DNA of 64,000 nucleotides. Origin: an uncultured Rhodobacteraceae bacterium (GTDB lineage: Bacteria; Pseudomonadota; Alphaproteobacteria; Rhodobacterales; Rhodobacteraceae). A program made the translations under genes and the position numbers. This document shows, piece by piece, positions 31,638 through 42,963 of the stretch (position 1 is its first letter; each line of letters starts with the position of its first letter). The stretch is from assembly GCA_965659465.1 (NCBI GenBank), contig CBFHVU010000001.1, forward strand, positions 5,898 through 69,897, read 5' to 3'. The notes under the pieces are model-generated. The model made no database searches, had not been told where the DNA came from, and saw nothing but the letters and a program-made list of their open reading frames with translations.

Positions 31638-34325
31638 ATGCTAGGTTTTGGAAAATTAGCAGCTAAGGTTTTTGGCACACCCAATGACCGCAAGGTAAAA
31701 TCCGTCCTACCGCTGATTGAAAAAATCAACGCATTGGAACCCGAATTCCAAGCGTTAAGCGATGCGCAGCTGATCGAAAAAACCGGCGAATTCAAAGCGC
31801 GCGTTGCCAATGGCGAAACGTTGGACGCGATCCTGCCAGAGGCATTTGCCAACTGTCGCGAAGGGGCCAAGCGCGCCTTGGGTCTGCGGGCCTTTGATGT
31901 GCAGCTGATGGGCGGCATTTTTCTGCACCAAGGCAACATCGCCGAAATGAAAACAGGCGAAGGTAAAACGCTGGTTGCCACATTCCCCGCCTATCTGAAT
32001 GCGCTGACAGGGCGCGGTGTGCATGTGGTCACAGTCAACGATTATCTGGCCAAACGCGATGCGGAATGGATGTCACAGGTCTATGGCACATTGGGTATGA
32101 CCACGGGCGTTGTATACCCCCAACAGCCCGAGGCCGAGAAAGCCGCCGCCTATGGGTCGGACATCACCTATGCCACCAACAATGAACTGGGCTTTGATTA
32201 CCTGCGCGACAACATGCGTGGCAGCATCGATGAAATGAACCAGAAATACCATAACTTTGCCATCGTGGACGAAGTTGACAGTATCCTGATCGACGAGGCG
32301 CGGACGCCCCTGATCATTTCTGGCCCCTCTGATGACCGATCAGAACTGTATGCTGCGATCAACGAACTGATTCCATCACTGACCGATGAACATTACAGCC
32401 TTGACGAAAAAACCCGCAACGTCACCTTTACCGACAACGGGAACGATTATTTGGAACAGCTGCTGCTGACCAAGGGCATCCTGCCCGAGGGCCAGTCGCT
32501 ATACGATCCAGAAAGCACGACAATCGTGCATCACGTCAACAACGCCCTGCGCGCGCACAAAAACTTTGTCCGTGACAAAGATTACATCGTGCGTGACAGT
32601 CAGGTGGTGTTGATCGACGAATTTACCGGTCGAATGATGCCTGGCCGCCGCCTGTCCGAAGGGCTGCACCAAGCGATCGAAGCCAAAGAGGGCTGCCAAA
32701 TTCAACCCGAAAACGTGACATTGGCCAGCGTGACGTTCCAAAACTATTTCCGCCTGTACGACAAACTGGGCGGCATGACCGGTACCGCCAGCACCGAGGC
32801 CGAGGAATTTCACGAAATTTACCGTTTGGGCGTTGTGGAAATTCCAACAAACCGCCCCATCGCGCGGATTGATGACCACGACAAAGTGTACCGCACGGCC
32901 GCCGAAAAATATCAGGCCATCGTCGAGGAAATCAAACAGGCCCAAGCCAAAGGCCAGCCCATTCTGGTCGGCACGACCTCGATTGAAAAATCCGAAATGC
33001 TGTCGCAAATGCTGAATGCAGCGGGGATTAAACATAACGTCCTGAACGCGCGCCAACACGAACAAGAGGCACAGATCGTTGCAGATGCTGGTAAATTGGG
33101 GGCCGTCACCATCGCCACCAACATGGCCGGTCGCGGGACCGATATCAAACTGGGCGGCAACGTCGAAATGAAAGTGATGGAGGCCATCGCCGCCAATCCC
33201 GATGGCAACCCCGACGAAATCCGCGCCCAAATCGAAGAGGCCCACCAAGCCGATGAAGAAGCGGTCAAAGACGCAGGCGGCCTGTTTGTTTTGGCCACAG
33301 AACGCCACGAAAGCCGCCGCATCGACAACCAGCTGCGGGGCCGTTCAGGTCGTCAGGGTGACCCTGGTCGGTCGTCTTTCTATCTGTCGCTAGAAGATGA
33401 TTTGATGCGTATTTTCGGGTCGGACCGTCTAGACAAGGTGTTGCACACCCTTGGCATGAAAGAGGGCGAAGCGATTGAACACCCTTGGGTCAACAAATCA
33501 CTAGAACGCGCCCAAGCCAAGGTCGAGGCCCGCAATTTCGACATTCGTAAAGAATTGTTGAAATATGATGACGTGATGAACGACCAGCGCAAGGCGATCT
33601 TTGATCAACGTCTAGATATTATGAAAACCGACGAATTGACGGAAATCATCAGCGATATGCGCAACGATGTGATTGACGATCTGATCGACACCTACATGCC
33701 GCCAAAATCCTATGCAGAGCAATGGGATACACAGGGTCTATACGCCGCTGTGATTGAACAACTGAACCTGGACCTGCCCATCATCGCATGGGCAGAAGAA
33801 GAAGGCGTTGACGCCGATGTCATGCGCGAGCGCATCGAAGAGGCCGCCGACAAAGCCATGGAAGACAAGGCCCAAGCCTTTGGTGCGGAAACCATGGAAC
33901 AGGTGCAACGTCAGGTATTGTTGCAAACCATCGATCGTAAATGGCGCGAACATCTTCTGACCTTGGAACATTTGAAAAGCGTTGTTCGGTTCCGCGGCTA
34001 TGCCCAGCGTGATCCGTTGAACGAATATAAAAACGAAGGGTTCCAATTATTCGAAGGTCTGCTTGACAGTTTACGCGTCGATGTCAGCAAACAAATGGGC
34101 CAAATTCGTCCCATGACCGAAGAAGAACGCGCCATCATGATGCAACAAATGCAAGCCCAGCAAGAGGCCATGCAAAAAATGCAACAACAGGCCGCAGCCC
34201 CAACCGCCGCAGCGGATACACCTGCCGAGGACATGCCAGAGGGATGGGAAAACACGGGCCGTAACGATCCCTGCCCCTGCGGATCAGGATCAAAATTCAA
34301 ACATTGCCACGGCCGTTTGGCCTAA
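31638..34325 (+). CDS. secA: preprotein translocase ATPase SecA
   Basis: ATG at 31638 ([13 protein letters not shown]). DEAD motor motifs and a C-terminal zinc motif [14 protein letters not shown] are present. Confidence 0.95.
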   Translation: MLGFGKLAAKVFGTPNDRKVKSVLPLIEKINALEPEFQALSDAQLIEKTGEFKARVANGETLDAILPEAFANCREGAKRALGLRAFDVQLMGGIFLHQGNIAEMKTGEGKTLVATFPAYLNALTGRGVHVVTVNDYLAKRDAEWMSQVYGTLGMTTGVVYPQQPEAEKAAAYGSDITYATNNELGFDYLRDNMRGSIDEMNQKYHNFAIVDEVDSILIDEARTPLIISGPSDDRSELYAAINELIPSLTDEHYSLDEKTRNVTFTDNGNDYLEQLLLTKGILPEGQSLYDPESTTIVHHVNNALRAHKNFVRDKDYIVRDSQVVLIDEFTGRMMPGRRLSEGLHQAIEAKEGCQIQPENVTLASVTFQNYFRLYDKLGGMTGTASTEAEEFHEIYRLGVVEIPTNRPIARIDDHDKVYRTAAEKYQAIVEEIKQAQAKGQPILVGTTSIEKSEMLSQMLNAAGIKHNVLNARQHEQEAQIVADAGKLGAVTIATNMAGRGTDIKLGGNVEMKVMEAIAANPDGNPDEIRAQIEEAHQADEEAVKDAGGLFVLATERHESRRIDNQLRGRSGRQGDPGRSSFYLSLEDDLMRIFGSDRLDKVLHTLGMKEGEAIEHPWVNKSLERAQAKVEARNFDIRKELLKYDDVMNDQRKAIFDQRLDIMKTDELTEIISDMRNDVIDDLIDTYMPPKSYAEQWDTQGLYAAVIEQLNLDLPIIAWAEEEGVDADVMRERIEEAADKAMEDKAQAFGAETMEQVQRQVLLQTIDRKWREHLLTLEHLKSVVRFRGYAQRDPLNEYKNEGFQLFEGLLDSLRVDVSKQMGQIRPMTEEERAIMMQQMQAQQEAMQKMQQQAAAPTAAADTPAEDMPEGWENTGRNDPCPCGSGSKFKHCHGRLA

Positions 34326-34483
34326 GGCCCACACCGCATCAAAGCGCCTCCGATTTTGGGGGAGTTTTTTGTTTGTGACATTTGCATCGCGCACCGCGGG
34401 GCCGTTTTACAAAGGTGCAAAATATCGGTTGAAAATCCCATCGCAACCTTTCACAGTCGCGCGAAATTATGCGGGGTTTTGGG

Positions 34484-35982
34484 ATGATGCGCTATGCGTT
34501 CCAGTTTTGGGCGTTTCTTATTGTTTGGTGCGGCGGCGTCTGGGCCCAACAACCGGATGTGACCCTGACGTCCAAACAGGGCGGCATGGTAATCCGCGGG
34601 ACTGTTTTGGACTATGACGGGCGCTATATTTCACTGGACAGTGACGCCGGGCCCGTTGTGTTTGACACGCCACCTTGTTTGATTGCCAAGGCCAACACTG
34701 CCCCACCTCGCGACCCACGCAGGAAAACGTCACCCTGACAGTACCCAAGGGATTGTCATCAATCGCACTGCCTGCGCTCATCAAAAACTTTGCCCTTCGG
34801 CGGGCGTATTCGCTAAAACAGATCCCACAGACTGATGACTTGCAACGCTATGAATTAACGTCAAACGCGGACAGTGATCGGAAATTTACACTCACCCTGA
34901 TAACCGCAAATTCGGAAACAGCGATTGAAGACCTGGTCAATCTATCCGCTGATCGGGCGATAGCGTTTCGCGAATTGACCGCGGCCGAATTGGCAAAGCT
35001 GCGCGATCCGTCTGTGTCATCCATCAGATCGTCGGTCAAAAGTGCGGTCGTCGCATTGGATGCCTTGGTGCCCGTTGTTGCCCCACCGAATGATCGCAGT
35101 GAAATTCATTTATCGAACTTAATTGATCAGATCAAAACAGCATCAGATCAGATCAACATCGCCAGCGAACATTTCGACTATGGGGCGCGGTTTGGGTGGC
35201 AGGGATATGATCAAATCTGGCATGACGGGGCCATGGAGGATGTGGTCGATACCCTCTACCAAAATCCGGACAAACTGGGCCTTGTGCCATTTTCCAACCT
35301 GTCTGGGTTGCAGGTCGTCGCCCTGACGGGCGATTGTGAACATATGCCGCGACTGTCAAATCGCAGCATTAAATCTGGGGATTATCCGCTGATCGTTCTG
35401 ATTTTCCTGCATCAAAGCCCCTTTACACAAGGCCCCCAAGCGACATCATTTTTTGACTATGTCACATCGGCTGATGCGCGGTTGGTGATCGAACGCGCGG
35501 GATTTGTGGGCCTGTCCACAGCCCAGACACCTTGGGCACAAGAGGGTGATCGGTTGCAGTTCGCGATCAGCCACAGCAGCACCCAGACATTGGACGTACT
35601 GCAAAACGTGGTCCGCGATTTGAAAACAGCGGTGCGATTGACCACCAGTTTCCGATTTGACACAGGGACATCCGATCTGGATGCGCAGTCCCGCGCTAAC
35701 CTAGACCTGATCGCCACACAGATCGAACAGGGGCGATTTGATGGCAAAAACCTTTTCTTTGTTGGGTTTAGCGACGGCCAAGGCGATTTTGGCGCAAACG
35801 TCATTCTGTCACAAGACCGCGCAGAAACTGTGATGCAGCAAATCACGCGGCGGCTGCCAAAACGTCAGCTGGATATCGGGACCCTGACGGCCAAAGGATA
35901 CGGGCCAGTCCTGCCCATGTCCTGCGAAACCACGGAACTGGGGCGCGATGTCAACAGACGCATTGAAATCTGGGTGGAATAG
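34484..35982 (+). pseudogene. phosphate-binding (PstS-like)/OmpA-C fusion protein gene with a frameshift near 34666..34680
   Basis: ORF 34469..34738 carries a signal peptide plus DVTLTSKQGGMVIRGTVLDYDGRY. ORF 34675..35982 carries ..LFDCQGQHCPT.., a PBP-like domain and an OmpA C-terminal domain. They lie in different frames and overlap, and a single missing nucleotide would join them. Confidence 0.6.
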
Positions 35983-35985
35983 GGA

Positions 35986-36738
35986 TCAAATCAGCCCCTG
36001 TGCGCGGAAACTGATTTGATCTGATTTGCCGATCACCAAATGGTCATGCACCGTTATACCCAACGCGGCGGCGGCTGATATAATCTGCGGCGTCATATCA
36101 ATATCCCACTGCGATGGCGTTGGATCGCCTGATGGGTGATTATGCACCAATATTAACGCCGAGGCATTTAATTCCAGCGCACGTTTGACAATTTCACGGG
36201 GGTAGACAGTCACATGATCGACCGTCCCGCGCGCCTGTAATTCATCGGTGATCAGGGTGTTTTTACGATCTAGATATAGAATGCGAAATTGTTCATAGCT
36301 TAGATGCGCCATATTTGCCTGACAATAATCCAGCAACGCATCCCAACTGGACAACACCGGCCGCCCAATCACCCGCGCACGGGTCAGGCGTTGCGCTGCG
36401 GCCCGAACAACCTTTAATTCCACGGCCACCGCATGGCCCGCACCATGAACCGCGGCAATGTCATCAATGGGTGCGGAAATAACGCGGTTGAAATCACCGA
36501 AATGATCCAACAACCGCCGCGCTAAAGGTTTGACATCCTGCCGTGGAATGGCGCGAAATAACACCAGTTCTAGCATTTCATAATCGGGCAAGGCATCCGC
36601 GCCACCTTGCACGAACCGGTCGCGCAATCGTTTGCGATGATCCTTGATATAGGATGGCAATCGCGCGCCCTTGGTCAGGGCAAACTGTGTTGGCGCCTCG
36701 GCAAACAGGGGCAATTGGGAATCGGTGTCATCGGTCAT
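35986..36738 (-). CDS. radC: RadC-family JAB/MPN domain protein
   Basis: ORF 35986..36786. The ATG at 36738 is preferred because the nhaA terminator occupies 36763..36799. It has an HNHPSGDPTPS JAMM motif. Confidence 0.85.
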   Translation of the reverse strand: MTDDTDSQLPLFAEAPTQFALTKGARLPSYIKDHRKRLRDRFVQGGADALPDYEMLELVLFRAIPRQDVKPLARRLLDHFGDFNRVISAPIDDIAAVHGAGHAVAVELKVVRAAAQRLTRARVIGRPVLSSWDALLDYCQANMAHLSYEQFRILYLDRKNTLITDELQARGTVDHVTVYPREIVKRALELNASALILVHNHPSGDPTPSQWDIDMTPQIISAAAALGITVHDHLVIGKSDQISFRAQGLI

Positions 36739-36762
36739 ACCCCATGTTTGCCAATCATGGTT

Positions 36763-36799
36763 AACAAAAAATAAAGCCCGGCGCACAGCCGGGCTTTAT
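36763..36799 (-). terminator. rho-independent terminator of nhaA
   Basis: On the minus strand, AAAGCCCGG-CTGTGCG-CCGGGCTTT is followed by ATTTTTTG. Confidence 0.8.
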
Positions 36800-36819
36800 T
36801 CGGTGAGTAATGTGTGACC

Positions 36820-38067
36820 CTAAAGTTCGCGTTTTTGAACGCCTGTCACCTTGCCTGCGATAATCGAAATAACCGCGGCAAAGAAACTGAACAGCGCGCC
36901 CATTTTGGCCGCGTCTTGGACAGGCCCGGCATCAAAGGCCACAGCCGCCACAAACAGCGATACGGTAAAGCCAATGGCCGCCACGAACCCGATCACAACC
37001 AGATCGATGATCCGCATGCCTTCGGGAATACCCAAGCCCAGCGGCCGCGCGGCAATCCAGCCCATCAACAAAATGCCAACGGGTTTACCGATCAGCAGGC
37101 CAGCCAAAACCAACCACGTCGCGTCGCCCATTGCGGAAAATTCGACGCCCGCGTTCATCAGGCCAAAGAAAAACAATACAACCTCGACCGGAACCTTTAG
37201 CGCGTGTTCGATGTCGTTTAGCAGGTCATGTATATGTGTTTCTGCTTCGCTGAAAATACCAAAGGCACGGTCAGCATGCGGGATTGTCGGCACGATCGGC
37301 AACAGGCCCAGCGCAGGGTGCAGACCCGAGCGCATGAACGCATACCAGCTGATCGCCGCGGCCAAGGCATATGGCCAAAAACTAAGTTTTTTGCGCACCA
37401 TCGTGGACACAGGGCGCAGTTGATTGCCACGGTCCAAACGGCGGGGCAGCCAGTTCGCCAGCAGGTAAACACCAATCGCCGCCGCAAAGGATACCAACAA
37501 CCATTGTGGCGCCAAATCCCCCGAGGGATAGAAAATCGCCAGAATAATCAGGCCGCAGGCGTCATCAGCAATCGCCAACAACAACAAGAACCGTACCGCA
37601 GGGTGGCCCGCGCCAAAGACCATACGCCCCACCAGATAGCTAAATGCAATATCTGTGGCCGTTGGAATGGCCCAGCCATTTTTCACCGCGTCATAGGTTT
37701 CAGACCCCATAACCATCGCCAGCGCCAAATAAACCGCGATCGGGCCCAACATACCGCCCGCCGTGGCGAACAATGGTGTCGCTGCCTTTTTCCCGCGCAG
37801 GCTGCCGTTTTCCAAAATGATTGCTTCCCAAACTTCTTTGGCTGCAATGGCAAAGAAAAACGCCATTAACAGGTCATTGACCAGATAATGCAGCGTCAGC
37901 GTGCGATGACCATCATGCAAATGCCCAATCGGTGCATGATCCCAGATCACAAATTCCACAAAATGATGATAGGTTTCTGGGTTCGTGTTTGCCCACAGCA
38001 GTGCCAAAACAGCGCCGATGATCAACAACAGCGAATATTCAGCCAAAAAATTCCATACACGGTACAT
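36820..38067 (-). CDS. nhaA: Na+/H+ antiporter NhaA
   Basis: 415 aa polytopic protein matching the NhaA family (..AIADDACG.. motif region). Confidence 0.9.
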   Translation of the reverse strand: MYRVWNFLAEYSLLLIIGAVLALLWANTNPETYHHFVEFVIWDHAPIGHLHDGHRTLTLHYLVNDLLMAFFFAIAAKEVWEAIILENGSLRGKKAATPLFATAGGMLGPIAVYLALAMVMGSETYDAVKNGWAIPTATDIAFSYLVGRMVFGAGHPAVRFLLLLAIADDACGLIILAIFYPSGDLAPQWLLVSFAAAIGVYLLANWLPRRLDRGNQLRPVSTMVRKKLSFWPYALAAAISWYAFMRSGLHPALGLLPIVPTIPHADRAFGIFSEAETHIHDLLNDIEHALKVPVEVVLFFFGLMNAGVEFSAMGDATWLVLAGLLIGKPVGILLMGWIAARPLGLGIPEGMRIIDLVVIGFVAAIGFTVSLFVAAVAFDAGPVQDAAKMGALFSFFAAVISIIAGKVTGVQKREL

Positions 38068-38258
38068 ATAGTTACCTCTTCGTGCTGCACAGGGTGCAGA
38101 GTGTTAATATTGCTTTCGCGATTGATCCAAAGTCAATCACACTTAGGACGCGAGAACAACCTTTGCCATAAGTGTATCGACAAAAGTTTCGCCGCTTTTA
38201 CGGTCTGGGTAAACGCGAAAGGATAGGTTTCGCAAAATCAATCGCATAAATACTGCGA

Positions 38259-38693
38259 TTATTCCAGTTTCAGACGCAATTCGCGTAAAACAGGCAGGGT
38301 TGATTTCAATTTTACCACCCCAATTTCCTGGGTCAATTCCGACAACACCGGTGCCACCGCAGAAATGGCGGTGTCCCGGGCCAAACGTCCCGCAGGACTG
38401 ATGGCGACCAGTTTGCGACGGGCATCATCCCAGTCGGGGCGGATATGGATATATCCCGATATTTCCAGTTTACGCAGGGTGTTTGTCATGGCCCCACGTG
38501 TCACATGAAACGATTTGGCCAATTGCGCGGGCGTGCGTTCATCGCCCACACGATCTAAATGATTCAGAACGGAAAAATGGGATAATTCCATGCCTTTGGG
38601 CAACACTTTGGCCAGACGGCTACGCAACAGCTGTTCGACGGTCAATATTTCACTGATCAGGGAAATTGTAATATTTTGGCCATCATCTACCAA
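38259..38693 (-). CDS. MarR family transcriptional regulator
   Basis: 144 aa winged-HTH protein. It overlaps the upstream hydrolase stop by 11 nt. Confidence 0.85.
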   Translation of the reverse strand: MVDDGQNITISLISEILTVEQLLRSRLAKVLPKGMELSHFSVLNHLDRVGDERTPAQLAKSFHVTRGAMTNTLRKLEISGYIHIRPDWDDARRKLVAISPAGRLARDTAISAVAPVLSELTQEIGVVKLKSTLPVLRELRLKLE

Positions 38694-39534
38694 TGCGCTC
38701 GGGTCCTTGGAATGGTTGGGTTGCGTTTACAGATGGGACGCGTCGGCGGGCTTTGTCAACATCGGATAAATCCAAATCGACGCAAAGAATGTCTTTGTGA
38801 TCATTTAGTTGCCCTAAAACATCGCCCCAAGGGGCGACCACCATTGAATGCCCATAGGTGTGGCGCGCGGCGCCCGCAGATGTTTGATGTGTGCCACATT
38901 GTGCTGCCGCCACGACAAAGCAGCCCGTTTCAATCGCCCGCGCGCGCAACAAAATGTCCCAATGCGCCCGCCCCGTTGTCTGAGCAAAGGCGGCAGGCAC
39001 GGTCAACACCTGCGCGCCCGCTTGCGCCAACGCCCGATAGAGATAGGCAAAGCGCAGATCATAACAGACCGACAGCCCCAATGTCATATGATCCGTATCG
39101 ACCACCACCGCCTGTGATCCCTGTTGATACCCCGCAGATTCGCGATAGGATTCCGTATCCGACAACGTCACATCAAACATATGAATCTTATCATACTGCG
39201 CCACGATATTGCCCAGTGGATCAATGACAAAGGACCGGTTATGAAACCGCGCATCATCGGTTGTGTCAGATTTCAACGCCAGCGATCCGATGTTAATCCA
39301 AATATTCAAATCACGCGCCGCATCGCGCAGGGCCGCCAAGGTGATATCATCCGCTTGGTGCATCAAAACACGGGACTGATGGCTGCGGCTGCCAGAGACG
39401 CAGTTTGTGACCTCGGGTGTGAATACCATTGTGGCACCCGCCTGTGCAGCATCACGGACCATGTCCAGCGTCTGGGGCAGATTATTGCTGGGCTCATCAG
39501 TCACGTTCAGCTGCAACAGCGCGACCCGTACCAT
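38683..39534 (-). CDS. carbon-nitrogen hydrolase family protein (nitrilase/omega-amidase-like)
   Basis: 283 aa with a Glu-Lys-Cys triad context (..LGLSVCYDLRF..). Confidence 0.85.
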   Translation of the reverse strand: MVRVALLQLNVTDEPSNNLPQTLDMVRDAAQAGATMVFTPEVTNCVSGSRSHQSRVLMHQADDITLAALRDAARDLNIWINIGSLALKSDTTDDARFHNRSFVIDPLGNIVAQYDKIHMFDVTLSDTESYRESAGYQQGSQAVVVDTDHMTLGLSVCYDLRFAYLYRALAQAGAQVLTVPAAFAQTTGRAHWDILLRARAIETGCFVVAAAQCGTHQTSAGAARHTYGHSMVVAPWGDVLGQLNDHKDILCVDLDLSDVDKARRRVPSVNATQPFQGPERIGR

Positions 39535-39537
39535 GGG

Positions 39538-39798
39538 TCAGGCCGCCTGTAACAAGGGGTCCAATTTGCCCTGCTGGTCCAGGGCATATAGATCGTCGCA
39601 ACCGCCGACATGTTGATCATTGATGAAAATCTGCGGAACCGTGCGCCCCCCATTCGAACGCTGCATCATTTCCGCTTTGCGATCTGGTTGGACCAGAACG
39701 TCAATTTCGTTGAATGTGACGCCCTTGGCATTCAACAGGCGTTTGGCGGCATGGCAATACCCGCAAAGCGGGCTGGTATAAATATCGATGGCTGGCAT
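39538..39798 (-). CDS. grxC: glutaredoxin 3
   Basis: 86 aa with a CGYC active site and a GGCDD motif. Confidence 0.9.
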   Translation of the reverse strand: MPAIDIYTSPLCGYCHAAKRLLNAKGVTFNEIDVLVQPDRKAEMMQRSNGGRTVPQIFINDQHVGGCDDLYALDQQGKLDPLLQAA

Positions 39799-39801
39799 GG
39801 C

Positions 39802-40560
39802 TTAGTCCTTTTCTTCGCCGCCAATGTAATCGTTTTGCGGCACACGCGCCAGAACCAAACAATCAATTTTTTGTGGTTGTGCCGATAGCAGCGTCTGTGC
39901 CGCGGCAGCCAGGGTTGCCCCCGATGTCATCACATCATCCACTAAGATCACAGATCGCCCCGCCAATTTCTGGGCCGCCCTGCCCGTCAACGCAAATGCA
40001 TCGCGCAACCGGTCGTATCGTTCGGCGGCTGATGCAATTTCCAATGGCACCGTGGGTCGCGGGTGCACCAACACATCGGACGCAACCTTGGCCCCAATCA
40101 GTGACGCGGTTTAATGGGCCAAAATATCTGCCTGATTATACCGCCGCGCCAAGCGTCGCCGCCAATGCAGCGGGATCGGGACCAAGACCGTATCATTCCC
40201 CACCAAATCACGCTCAGCACGCGCCATCCACTGCGCGGCCCCTGTTGCAATATCGGGCCGATCGCCATGTTTGAACGACAAAACCAAACGCCACGCGGAT
40301 CCCTGATACAACAACGCCGCACGCCCCCGCCCCCAAGGGCGCGGATGGGATTGACACGTTTGGCAAATATCATTGGCGGCCGCGAACCCTGCGGTCAGGA
40401 TCGGCGTACCGCAGCAATCACAAATTGGTCCATCGATAAATGGCATCGCCCGCCAACACGGCCCACACAGGGCATTATCCCGATCCAACCCCGTGCGACA
40501 TAAAATACACTGGGGCGGATAAATCGCGCGCAATGCTGTTTGAAATACCTGCCGTTTCAT
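39802..40560 (-). pseudogene. comF: ComF-family phosphoribosyltransferase gene interrupted by an in-frame TAA at 40111..40113
   Basis: ORF 40111..40560 holds the N-terminal Cys-rich region (CxxC...CxxC). ORF 39802..40074 holds the PRTase motif VILVDDVMTSGAT. They share one frame, separated by TAA plus 12 sense codons (..ADILAH*TASLIGAKVASDVLVHP..). Confidence 0.7.
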
Positions 40561-40574
40561 TCTATGTCAGCCCT

Positions 40575-41396
40575 ATGACACAACATCCTAATCTTGTTGA
40601 TCGAAACGCTTTGACACAGGCCCGCCGCCGCACCGATCCGGCGCGTGGGTATTTCCTGCATGACATGGCGATTCTTGATGTTCAGGATCGCCTAGCCTTT
40701 GTAAACAAATCGTTTACGGATGTGACGATTGTCACAGGCCACCCCGATCCGTGGCGCGCGGCCTTTCCTGATGCGCGCATTGTGTCAGACACGGATGTGT
40801 TGGATATTCCGCAGGCCAGCTGCGATCTGGTAATCCACGCCATGGCGCTGCATTGGGCCAATGACCCTGTGGGCCAGCTGATCCAATGCCGATTGGGCCT
40901 GCGCAACGATGGGCTGATGATGGCGGTCTTTCTGGGGGGCGACACCCTGTCACAACTGCGCACATCCCTAGCCGAAGCGGAAAGCCAGCTGCGCGGCGGC
41001 CTGTCGCCGCGTGTTTTGCCCATGGGCGAAATTCGTGATGCAGGCGCATTGTTGCAACGGGCGGGATACGCCCTGCCCGTAGCCGACAGTGCCGTGATAA
41101 ACACCAGTTACGCCAGTTTGATCCATCTGATGCAGGATCTGCGGGCCATGGGCGAAACCAATGCAATGACCGCCCGCACCAAACACTTTACCCCGCACGG
41201 CCTGTTTACACAGGCACAAGACATTTACGCCCAATCGTTCAGCGACGATCAGGGGCGCATATTGGCCAGTTTCGAACAAATCATCCTGACTGGATGGGCC
41301 CCAGACGACAGCCAACCCAAACCGCTGCGCCCCGGCAGCGCGAAAATGCGATTGGCGGATGCGTTGCGTGTCCCAGAAATCCCATTGAAAGAATGA
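40575..41396 (+). CDS. SAM-dependent methyltransferase (BioC-like fold)
   Basis: ATG at 40575 (MTQHPNLVDRNAL), 273 aa. It is divergent from comF. Confidence 0.7.
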   Translation: MTQHPNLVDRNALTQARRRTDPARGYFLHDMAILDVQDRLAFVNKSFTDVTIVTGHPDPWRAAFPDARIVSDTDVLDIPQASCDLVIHAMALHWANDPVGQLIQCRLGLRNDGLMMAVFLGGDTLSQLRTSLAEAESQLRGGLSPRVLPMGEIRDAGALLQRAGYALPVADSAVINTSYASLIHLMQDLRAMGETNAMTARTKHFTPHGLFTQAQDIYAQSFSDDQGRILASFEQIILTGWAPDDSQPKPLRPGSAKMRLADALRVPEIPLKE

Positions 41397-41481
41397 TGCC
41401 CAAAGTTTGACCCTAAAGATTGACCTTGGGCCTGAATGGCTTATGTAACAACCGAATTTGCAAATAAATAAGGGATCCCGA

Positions 41482-42546
41482 ATGTTTGACCCATCTGTTC
41501 CACTTGCTTGCCCAGCGCATGCCCAACCCGACCACCCCAAAGTTCCCAAACAAAAGGTTGGTATTTTGTTGGCAAACCTTGGCACGCCGGACAACTATGA
41601 TTACTGGTCAATGCGTCGGTACCTGAACGAATTTTTGTCCGACCGCCGCGTGATCGATTATTCGCCATTCCTGTGGCAGCCTCTGTTGCAATTGGTCATT
41701 CTGACATCGCGCCCATTCCGGTCAGGTGCCGCCTATAAATCGATCTGGAACCATGATCAGGGCGAAAGCCCCCTGATGACGATCACCAAAGATCAAACCG
41801 CCAAAATCAAAGCAGCGATGTACGAACGCTATGGCGACGATGTTATGGTTGATTTCTGCATGCGCTATGGCAACCCATCCACGGATAGCAAAGTGCGCGC
41901 AATGACCCGCGCAGGCTGCACCAAAATTCTGTTTTTCCCGCTGTATCCCCATTATGCAGGGGCCACCTCAGCCACAGCCAATGACCAGTTGTTCCGCGCC
42001 TTGATGAAGGAAAAATGGCAGCCCGTTGCGCGCGTGGTTGAACCCTATTTCGAACATCCCCTCTATATCGAGGCATTGGCACAATCGGTTGAGAAAGCCT
42101 ATGCCAATATCGAAAACCGGCCCGATGTCTTGGTCACGTCCTATCATGGCGTTCCAAAACGGTACCTGATGGAGGGTGACCCCTATCATTGCCAATGCCA
42201 GAAAACCACCCGCCTGCTAAAGGAACGTCTGGGCTGGAAAGACACCGAAATTGTGACCACGTTCCAATCGCGTTTCGGCCCAGAGGAATGGTTGAAACCA
42301 TATACAGTGGAAGAGGTCGCACGTCTGGCTGAGGAAGATGGCAAAAAACGCATCGCCGTGATTGCGCCCGCGTTTTCAGCCGACTGCATCGAAACCCTAG
42401 AAGAGATCAACGAAGAGATCAAAGAAGCCTTCGAAGAGGCCGGTGGCGAGGAATTTACATATATTCCCTGCCTCAACGACGACGACGCGCATATTCATGC
42501 CCTGTCCGCCGTGATTGAAAGCAACCTACAGGGCTGGCTGGATTAA
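41482..42546 (+). CDS. hemH: ferrochelatase
   Basis: ATG at 41482. Family hallmarks are present (GILLANLGTPD, YPHYAGATS, SYHGVP). Confidence 0.9.
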   Translation: MFDPSVPLACPAHAQPDHPKVPKQKVGILLANLGTPDNYDYWSMRRYLNEFLSDRRVIDYSPFLWQPLLQLVILTSRPFRSGAAYKSIWNHDQGESPLMTITKDQTAKIKAAMYERYGDDVMVDFCMRYGNPSTDSKVRAMTRAGCTKILFFPLYPHYAGATSATANDQLFRALMKEKWQPVARVVEPYFEHPLYIEALAQSVEKAYANIENRPDVLVTSYHGVPKRYLMEGDPYHCQCQKTTRLLKERLGWKDTEIVTTFQSRFGPEEWLKPYTVEEVARLAEEDGKKRIAVIAPAFSADCIETLEEINEEIKEAFEEAGGEEFTYIPCLNDDDAHIHALSAVIESNLQGWLD

Positions 42547-42962
42547 CCAGCCGCCTGCGGATTGAGCCAGGAATATTTGAACACTCCGGTGGCAGTGGCG
42601 ATCAATGTTCCTGCGTCGTCCTTAATGGAACTTTCAGCGAAATATGTTTTGCGTCCACCCCCAATACGGCGACCGTGGATGTGCAATGTGGTGCCTGTGG
42701 CTTGGGCGATGAAATTGACCGACAGGTTCAGGGTCATAACGCGGTGCGGCTCTGCGTTTGGTCCGACATAGCAGCCGGCAAAGCCCATAGCCGTATCCAA
42801 CAACGTTGACAACACCCCACCATGCGGAATGCCATTGCGGTTCATGATCTGGGGTGTCATCGGTTGGATCAGGGCGCAATAATCCTGTTCGAATGCTGTT
42901 AACTGATAGCCTAGGTGTTTTTGCAGTCCGCTTGGCTCTTCGTTCAGGTCGATAGGGGTCAT
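42543..42962 (-). CDS. PaaI-family hotdog thioesterase
   Basis: 139 aa with a hotdog fold signature (GIPHGGVLSTLLDTAMG). Confidence 0.8.
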   Translation of the reverse strand: MTPIDLNEEPSGLQKHLGYQLTAFEQDYCALIQPMTPQIMNRNGIPHGGVLSTLLDTAMGFAGCYVGPNAEPHRVMTLNLSVNFIAQATGTTLHIHGRRIGGGRKTYFAESSIKDDAGTLIATATGVFKYSWLNPQAAG

Positions 42963-42963
42963 C

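Noticed and set aside
38068-38258. 34-codon ORF (MRLILRNLSFRVYPDRKSGETFVDTLMAKVVLAS) and a 6-bp hairpin upstream of nhaA.
   Set aside because: There is no Shine-Dalgarno, no recognisable features and a weak hairpin. I treat the region as ordinary nhaA promoter and 5' UTR.
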